From positions 94,408 to 158,407 of the forward strand of contig JBPOJJ010000002.1 in NCBI GenBank assembly GCA_052033715.1: DNA of 64,000 bases, in the 5' to 3' direction. The notes under the pieces were generated by a model. That model did not search any database. It saw nothing but the letters and a program-made list of their open reading frames with translations, and was not told the DNA's origin. This DNA comes from Patescibacteria group bacterium (lineage in GTDB: Bacteria > Patescibacteriota > Minisyncoccia > Phycocordibacterales > CSBR16-119). Of this stretch, positions 59,553-64,000 are shown in pieces. Position numbers and translations under genes: made by a program. Each line of letters starts with the position of its first letter. The first letter of the stretch is position 1.

Positions 59553-59732
59553 GTCCTCTGTCACCATATTCCTTGGAAGGAGGTCTAGATCGGCTTCGAA
59601 AATAGAAATCAATTCTCCGTCTTGTACCCTACCACCTGGTTCCTTGGAAGGAGGTCTAGATCGGCAGGCAAAGAGTATTATTAGCTAAATGAGGTACCCT
59701 ACCACCTGGTTCCTTGGAAGGAGGTCTAGATC
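59553..59732 (-). CRISPR. Mini CRISPR array: 3 repeats of 39 nt, 2 spacers (32 and 31 nt)
   Basis: Identical repeats at 59624-59662 and 59694-59732 (minus strand GATCTAGACCTCCTTCCAAGGAACCAGGTGGTAGGGTAC); degenerate copy at 59553-59591 (32/39); periods 71 and 70; adjacent to cas1. Confidence 0.85.
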
Positions 59733-59942
59733 CAGAGCTTCCTCCAAAAGGGGTGGTTTTCAACGACTAACCCGAAGGTCAATCGGCTTCATCTCACCGC
59801 GTATTTCAGCGTCTATTGCGGCCCGGGTACGGGGCATAGGCTAACTCCCATTGAGCGCCCTGCTTGTATATTTTTTGAGAAAAATACCTTTTTCCGCCAG
59901 AAAAGCGGGGTAGTTTTCTCACCTGTGTCGAGGAACTTAATT
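59733..59942 (-). ncRNA. tracr/omega-like scaffold fused to the first repeat
   Basis: Anti-repeat at 59734-59757; GTACCC (59830-59825) complementary to the repeat 3' end; long stem at 59876-59921; lies between promoter and array. Confidence 0.65.
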
Positions 59943-59948
59943 ACCCAT

Positions 59949-60006
59949 ACTATACAGGAATGTAGCTTTTTGTCAATTTGACGGATATAGTATACTATGT
60001 TAGTAT
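59949..60006. promoter_or_regulatory. Back-to-back sigma70 promoters for the array RNA (left) and effector (right)
   Basis: Minus strand TTGACA(59976-71)-N16-TATAGT; plus strand TTGACG(59978-83)-N17-TAGTAT. Confidence 0.65.
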
Positions 60007-60044
60007 CAAAAACGAAAACTAAGCTCACCACAACTACATACACG

Positions 60045-61415
60045 ATGAAAAAGGAAAAACCTTTTGCCCGGAAGGCGGTTAAAACCACCTTGCGCGGGCT
60101 TTCGAGCGAGACAATCAATGAAATTCTTGAGGTGTCGCGGTACGCTGGACTCCTGTGGAATCTGGCCTGGGAACACTGCGAGAAATTGCTTCACCCAGAT
60201 ACACCAGAAGAGGAGAAGAAGCCTATCACGGCTTTCACTTTAAACGACTGGTTGACGAAGATGCGTCAAGCCGGTGTAGAAGTTGCCGTTGTCGCATCTG
60301 TTCCAAAGAATCCCAATCCAGACAATATTTTGGATGAGCTAAGAGAGTTTTGTTTGGGAGCAGATGATCCTCCGGATGGATTCAGGCTATTCAGCAAGGA
60401 GCTGAGTTCACACATTAACCCAGAGGAAATGTCATCCGACCTCTCTCGCGAGGTTCTGCGGAAACTCGCCGGCTCGTATCAGTCTTTCTTTAATCTCAAG
60501 AAGAAGAAAGACTACCGAGCGCGGACTCCACAGAAGTGGCAAATCGGGGACTTTCAGACATTGTCGTGGTCCTCGAGCGCGCTCAAGCTCGCCGAAGAAA
60601 ATGGCGTCTGGAGTTTCGTTGTGCCGACCATGCATGGGAAGAGGATTCGATTGCCTCTCGACGAATACCTTGTAAGAGAGATCGTTGTCAAAAAGCGTCG
60701 TGTTGCACAGGTAACGCTTTCAAGACATTCTGATCTTGCAAAAGGTGAATTCACCTTGAGCGCCGTCTACCAATACGACAAGCCCGCCGTCGCCGAACAT
60801 CCGCGTATTGTTCGCGCGATTGATCTTGGGGCTGGAGATATCGCCATCTGTGATTCGACAGGCTATGCTTCGGTGATACCTGCTCGTCGTCCGGACAAGT
60901 TCTTGATGGCTCGGATTCACGAAGTTGAGCCACGGATCAAGTCTGCTGTTGAGGGATCACGTCGATGGAAGAGACGTAGCGAAGCTCGTCGCAAGATGCA
61001 TGGCAAACATCGCTACCAGAAGACTGACTACCAGCGTAAGCTGGCTCATACACTGGTGACGACAGGTGGTGTTGAGGCGATCGTCATTGGTGAAGCAAAA
61101 GTTCGTCTCGGACTCGCGAAAAGTTCCGGTACGAAGAAGCAACACCGAGGAAGCCAGAACACTGGGTATCTCGATCGGCTCTCGACGTATATCGAACAGA
61201 AATGTGTCGAGTACGGCGTTCGGTTTGTGAAGCTCCCAGACCCAGTCCGTCAGGGCGACTTGCGTGATCCGAAGATGAAACTTGGCGCAGCCAAGCTCCT
61301 GCTTCGGCAGGGATGTGAGAAGCTCGGCGTGCCAGTTCCAGACGACGTTGTTATCCGAAAGTTCATCGTGCCACAAGGCAAAGGCACCCCGCCAAAGCGC
61401 AAACAGGCGGCGTGA
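60045..61415 (+). CDS. TnpB/Cas12-like RNA-guided protein with atypical RuvC (456 aa; 472 aa from ATG 59997)
   Basis: LLWNLA, LRKLAGSYQSFF..AR.P, RuvC-I RAIDLG, GSRRWKRR..RRK.H bridge region, DYQRKLAHTLV, IVIGE, L.TYIEQKCVEYG; no CxxC zinc finger. Confidence 0.85.
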   Translation: MKKEKPFARKAVKTTLRGLSSETINEILEVSRYAGLLWNLAWEHCEKLLHPDTPEEEKKPITAFTLNDWLTKMRQAGVEVAVVASVPKNPNPDNILDELREFCLGADDPPDGFRLFSKELSSHINPEEMSSDLSREVLRKLAGSYQSFFNLKKKKDYRARTPQKWQIGDFQTLSWSSSALKLAEENGVWSFVVPTMHGKRIRLPLDEYLVREIVVKKRRVAQVTLSRHSDLAKGEFTLSAVYQYDKPAVAEHPRIVRAIDLGAGDIAICDSTGYASVIPARRPDKFLMARIHEVEPRIKSAVEGSRRWKRRSEARRKMHGKHRYQKTDYQRKLAHTLVTTGGVEAIVIGEAKVRLGLAKSSGTKKQHRGSQNTGYLDRLSTYIEQKCVEYGVRFVKLPDPVRQGDLRDPKMKLGAAKLLLRQGCEKLGVPVPDDVVIRKFIVPQGKGTPPKRKQAA

Positions 61416-61433
61416 CCAACTACAGTTCTTGCG

Positions 61434-61463
61434 AAAAACCCGTCTCATATGAGGCGGGTTTTT
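61434..61463. terminator. Bidirectional terminator after the effector gene
   Basis: AAAAACCCGTCTC-ATAT-GAGGCGGGTTTTT. Confidence 0.8.
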
Positions 61464-61464
61464 G

Positions 61465-61545
61465 CTATCTACTAAGAATCTTTAAACCTCGAACTGTTTC
61501 GTTCAGGCCTCTTACGGTAGTTTCTACTTCGGGTAATTCGGGCAT
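61465..61545 (-). pseudogene. mutM: Displaced 5' fragment of mutM (26 codons)
   Basis: MPELPEVETTVRGLNETVRGLKILSR*; 61477-61562 matches 58682-58767 at 77/86 nt. Confidence 0.88.
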
Positions 61546-61720
61546 GGGTTGATTATATTGACGGGAAATTAAAAAGCAAAGAAGATGGACCGGAGTCCAT
61601 CTTCTCTTACCCCTGATTGAGGGTGCGCCTTGAAATGCGAGAGCTATTCGAATTTGCACATGGCTGGTGAACGTCTTAGAGTTCGGTATAATTTTACTTT
61701 ATGGCTGTAAAATAATCAAG

Positions 61721-61756
61721 TTATCTCCCCAAAATTTTCAGTGCTTCTTTGACGCG
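61721..61756 (-). pseudogene. ruvA: Displaced 3' fragment of ruvA
   Basis: RVKEALKILGR* versus ruvA RIKEALKILGR*; 27/30 nt identical to 63081-63110. Confidence 0.75.
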
Positions 61757-61763
61757 GATATCA

Positions 61764-62528
61764 TTAAACAATTTTCCACACGGCTTTGAAAAGTTTGCGT
61801 AAATTGTCGGCCATCGTTCGGTCATGAATCTCGATTAGATAATGCGGGCGCTCTTTGGTCATGATCATCAAAATATAATCTCCAGCAACAACATGAGTGG
61901 CGGTAAAATCTGAACTGTCTTTCCAATATTTTACGTTTCTCTGATATTTATAAGGTTTCTTGGACACAACTTCAGTTTCAATCGGCTTTTCATTGGTGAG
62001 GAGATTCAAAATTATGTCTTTGGAGAAACTATTCCAGAAATGATCCGCCCAATCTTGATAATTTTCTAGTAACGTATGGTCTTGGAAACCCCACCAGGTA
62101 TTGTCAGAGTCCATCACACTTCTTGCCCAAGTCAGAGACTCATTTATCAAAAAATCCTTTAAACCGTCTTCTTCAATGAAACGTATTTTGGGTACAGAAT
62201 ATTTTCCCTTCTTTGGAAGTTTGCTTAGTTCGGAAATAATTTCAGGCACTTCTTGTTTTATCTTCCTAATGTTTAACTCTTTAATATTTACAAAACTCTC
62301 CAAAGATTTGGTGCCCAGCGACACTAAGTATTTTGCTTTACCCGCTCGATCTTCAGCGAGCAGACCTTTTTTCGCGAGCTCCTTGGCTACGCTATACACG
62401 GTAGGACGATTAATACCGGTTAGGGAAGAAACCTTGGCGGGTAGGATTTTCTGGTATTCAAGTACACAAAGATAGACAGAGGCTTCTTTGTCGGTCAGTC
62501 CAATTTGTTTAAGTTTATCTGAAATCAT
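61764..62528 (-). CDS. TrmB-family transcriptional regulator
   Basis: LKQIGLTDKEASVY...INRPTVY..L..KGL; PKIRFIE. Confidence 0.85.
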   Translation of the reverse strand: MISDKLKQIGLTDKEASVYLCVLEYQKILPAKVSSLTGINRPTVYSVAKELAKKGLLAEDRAGKAKYLVSLGTKSLESFVNIKELNIRKIKQEVPEIISELSKLPKKGKYSVPKIRFIEEDGLKDFLINESLTWARSVMDSDNTWWGFQDHTLLENYQDWADHFWNSFSKDIILNLLTNEKPIETEVVSKKPYKYQRNVKYWKDSSDFTATHVVAGDYILMIMTKERPHYLIEIHDRTMADNLRKLFKAVWKIV

Positions 62529-62686
62529 ATGGCCAATTTATCAAAACGTTGATCTGTTGTCAAATTTGTTCCAACACTATTTTATCCTTTAAAACAAGAA
62601 TTTTTAGTTAAAATACCGCTCATAGTTCATTTTTATTTTGACAGATATTGAAACTTATTGTAATCTGCTATGCAAAACTTAATCAA

Positions 62687-63043
62687 ATGAAAACCAAAGG
62701 AAGTTCAGTGGAGTCGAGTGTTCGCTCATTTCCTGTACACCTTCTCGTATCTTGTCTGACCGAGAGGTGGTTGGGGTATTACGACTCAACAGGTAGTGAA
62801 TGGCTAGAAATGATAGTTCACGTTATGGGGTGCAAAGAAGACGCCCCGGAGAATATTCGATCATTGAGAGCTATGGTGGGTAATGGGATCTGTGCCCAGA
62901 TTATCAGGGGCATTTACCCTGAATTTGCGAGCGAGGTCTTAGCGTTAAAATATCTACCTACTGACTATCCTAGCTCTAAAAAGCTGGAAGATAAGCTCGC
63001 TAAGAAGTATGGACGGGAATTGAAATTGCCTGGAGGGAAGTAA
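62687..63043 (+). CDS. Orphan hypothetical protein
   Basis: ORF after a TTGACA promoter, followed by a hairpin at 63054-63078. Confidence 0.55.
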   Translation: MKTKGSSVESSVRSFPVHLLVSCLTERWLGYYDSTGSEWLEMIVHVMGCKEDAPENIRSLRAMVGNGICAQIIRGIYPEFASEVLALKYLPTDYPSSKKLEDKLAKKYGRELKLPGGK

Positions 63044-63080
63044 AGTGCGCGGGAAGACCCCGGATTTACCGGGGTCTTTA

Positions 63081-63656
63081 CTATCTCCCTAAAATTTTCA
63101 GCGCTTCTTTTATTCGCGCATTTGTGCCGACGATTTCGGCGGGGATTTCTTTGGCGGCATTACGCGCGTCGTTGAGTGAGTAGCCGAGAGATTGCAAAGC
63201 TTCGAGGATGTCTGACTCGCCACGCAAACTCCCCGTCTCGTCTTTGTGGCCGAGGGCTGAAAGTTTGTCTCGGAGTTCTACCACTATTTTTTCCGCGGTC
63301 TTTCTGCCGATTCCAGAAACTTTGGTTAGATACGATGTGTCGCCGGAGCCGATGGCCTTCTTGATTGTTTCCATTGGCGCGATTGAAAGTATGGAGAGAG
63401 CGCTTCGTGGGCCAATTCCAGAAACGGATAGTAGTAATTCAAAAAAGTTTTTCTCATCAATCGTTTCAAAGCCAAACAAATCCATGGCATTCTCGCGCAC
63501 GGCGAGATATGTCCATAATTCGATCGATGAACCGACGGCGGGTGACTTGGCCAGAAGATCAGTTGAGACGAATAGTTGGTAGCCAACGCCGCCCGTGTTT
63601 ACCACGAGATATTTGTCAGATTTTTGGGTGATTTGGCCGATTATTTGGGCGATCAT
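63081..63656 (-). CDS. ruvA: Holliday junction binding protein
   Basis: GGVGY, LFGF, VSGIGPRSAL, GIGRKTAEKIVVEL. Confidence 0.97.
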   Translation of the reverse strand: MIAQIIGQITQKSDKYLVVNTGGVGYQLFVSTDLLAKSPAVGSSIELWTYLAVRENAMDLFGFETIDEKNFFELLLSVSGIGPRSALSILSIAPMETIKKAIGSGDTSYLTKVSGIGRKTAEKIVVELRDKLSALGHKDETGSLRGESDILEALQSLGYSLNDARNAAKEIPAEIVGTNARIKEALKILGR

Positions 63657-63787
63657 TTTTACATTATAGCAGAGAGTTTGGGTTTGCCTTTTCCTAAAAA
63701 GCTGTTATTATGAGCCCAAGTTCCGAAGCCCGTGTCGCGGGTCAAGAACAAACTTCTAAAAAATTTAATCTTTAAAGACACTAAAAC

Positions 63788-64000
63788 ATGCCAATTACAG
63801 ATGGAGCAAAAAAGGCCCTTCGAGTCTCTCGCCGCAAGCGCGTTTGGAACGATGCTCGCCGCAAGACTGCCAAAGAATCAATCAAGGCTGTCGCCAAACT
63901 TGTAAAAGACGACAAGAAAGCTGACGCCAAGAAAATGTTGTCCACGGCTTACAAAGCTATCGACAAAGCTGTTAAGCGCGGAGTTATGAACAAAAACGCC
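63788..64000 (+). CDS. rpsT: 30S ribosomal protein S20 (truncated by window end)
   Basis: Manual translation: MPITDGAKKALRVSRRKRVWN...AYKAIDKAVKRGVMNKNA. Confidence 0.93.
   Translation, partial: MPITDGAKKALRVSRRKRVWNDARRKTAKESIKAVAKLVKDDKKADAKKMLSTAYKAIDKAVKRGVMNKNA

Noticed and set aside
60045-61463. Ordinary IS200/IS605 or IS607 element
   Set aside because: No tnpA. The gene is followed by a plain terminator, and the candidate guide RNA lies upstream and divergent with repeats and cas1.
58682-61562. Casposon with Cas1-generated target-site duplication
   Set aside because: No polB gene and no terminal inverted repeats seen. The duplication is 86 bp and synonymously diverged, unlike short identical casposon TSDs.
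61465-61659. 64-aa ORF fusing a novel N-terminus to the MutM start
   Set aside because: It reads through a terminator hairpin and the mutM promoter; only the last 26 codons are meaningful.
62687-63043. Cas2 candidate for the nearby cas1
   Set aside because: No Cas2 YD/ferredoxin-like pattern, and it lies in a separately bounded cassette.
657-63631. Many short antisense ORFs in the track
   Set aside because: They overlap well-supported genes on the other strand or frame and have no recognisable motifs.

Overview
This is the replication-origin region of a Patescibacteria/CPR (Parcubacteria-like) chromosome in genetic code 11, with many apparently leaderless genes. It carries core genes (comEC, rnhA, thrS, cca, HU, rny, yidC-yidD-rnpA-rpmH, oriC-dnaA-dnaN, PBP1A, tyrS, ruvC/B/A, pilB, tsaE, polA, holA, mutM, rpsT), seven tRNAs, a parS-like cluster, large FN3 surface proteins and many self-contained orphan cassettes. 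The main discovery is a ~2.8 kb cassette (58768-61476) inserted between two synonymously diverged copies of the mutM 5' end. It encodes (i) an N-terminally truncated Cas1 with intact catalytic residues and no Cas2, (ii) a 3-repeat/2-spacer CRISPR mini-array, and (iii) a divergently transcribed ~456-aa TnpB/Cas12-like protein with atypical RuvC-II/III and no zinc finger. The array has its own leftward promoter and terminator. It is co-transcribed with a ~210-nt structured leader carrying an anti-repeat and a pseudoknot partner, which predicts a natural single-guide RNA. The locus looks like a minimal TnpB-to-CRISPR intermediate, possibly nuclease-dead. Other notable items are tRNA-matched 3' trailer elements, further duplicated gene-end scars, a standalone structured ncRNA candidate, a 6S-like RNA and a 20-bp palindrome inserted into a gene, a parS-like site and a tRNA relic. 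All calls were made by eye; no database searches were run.
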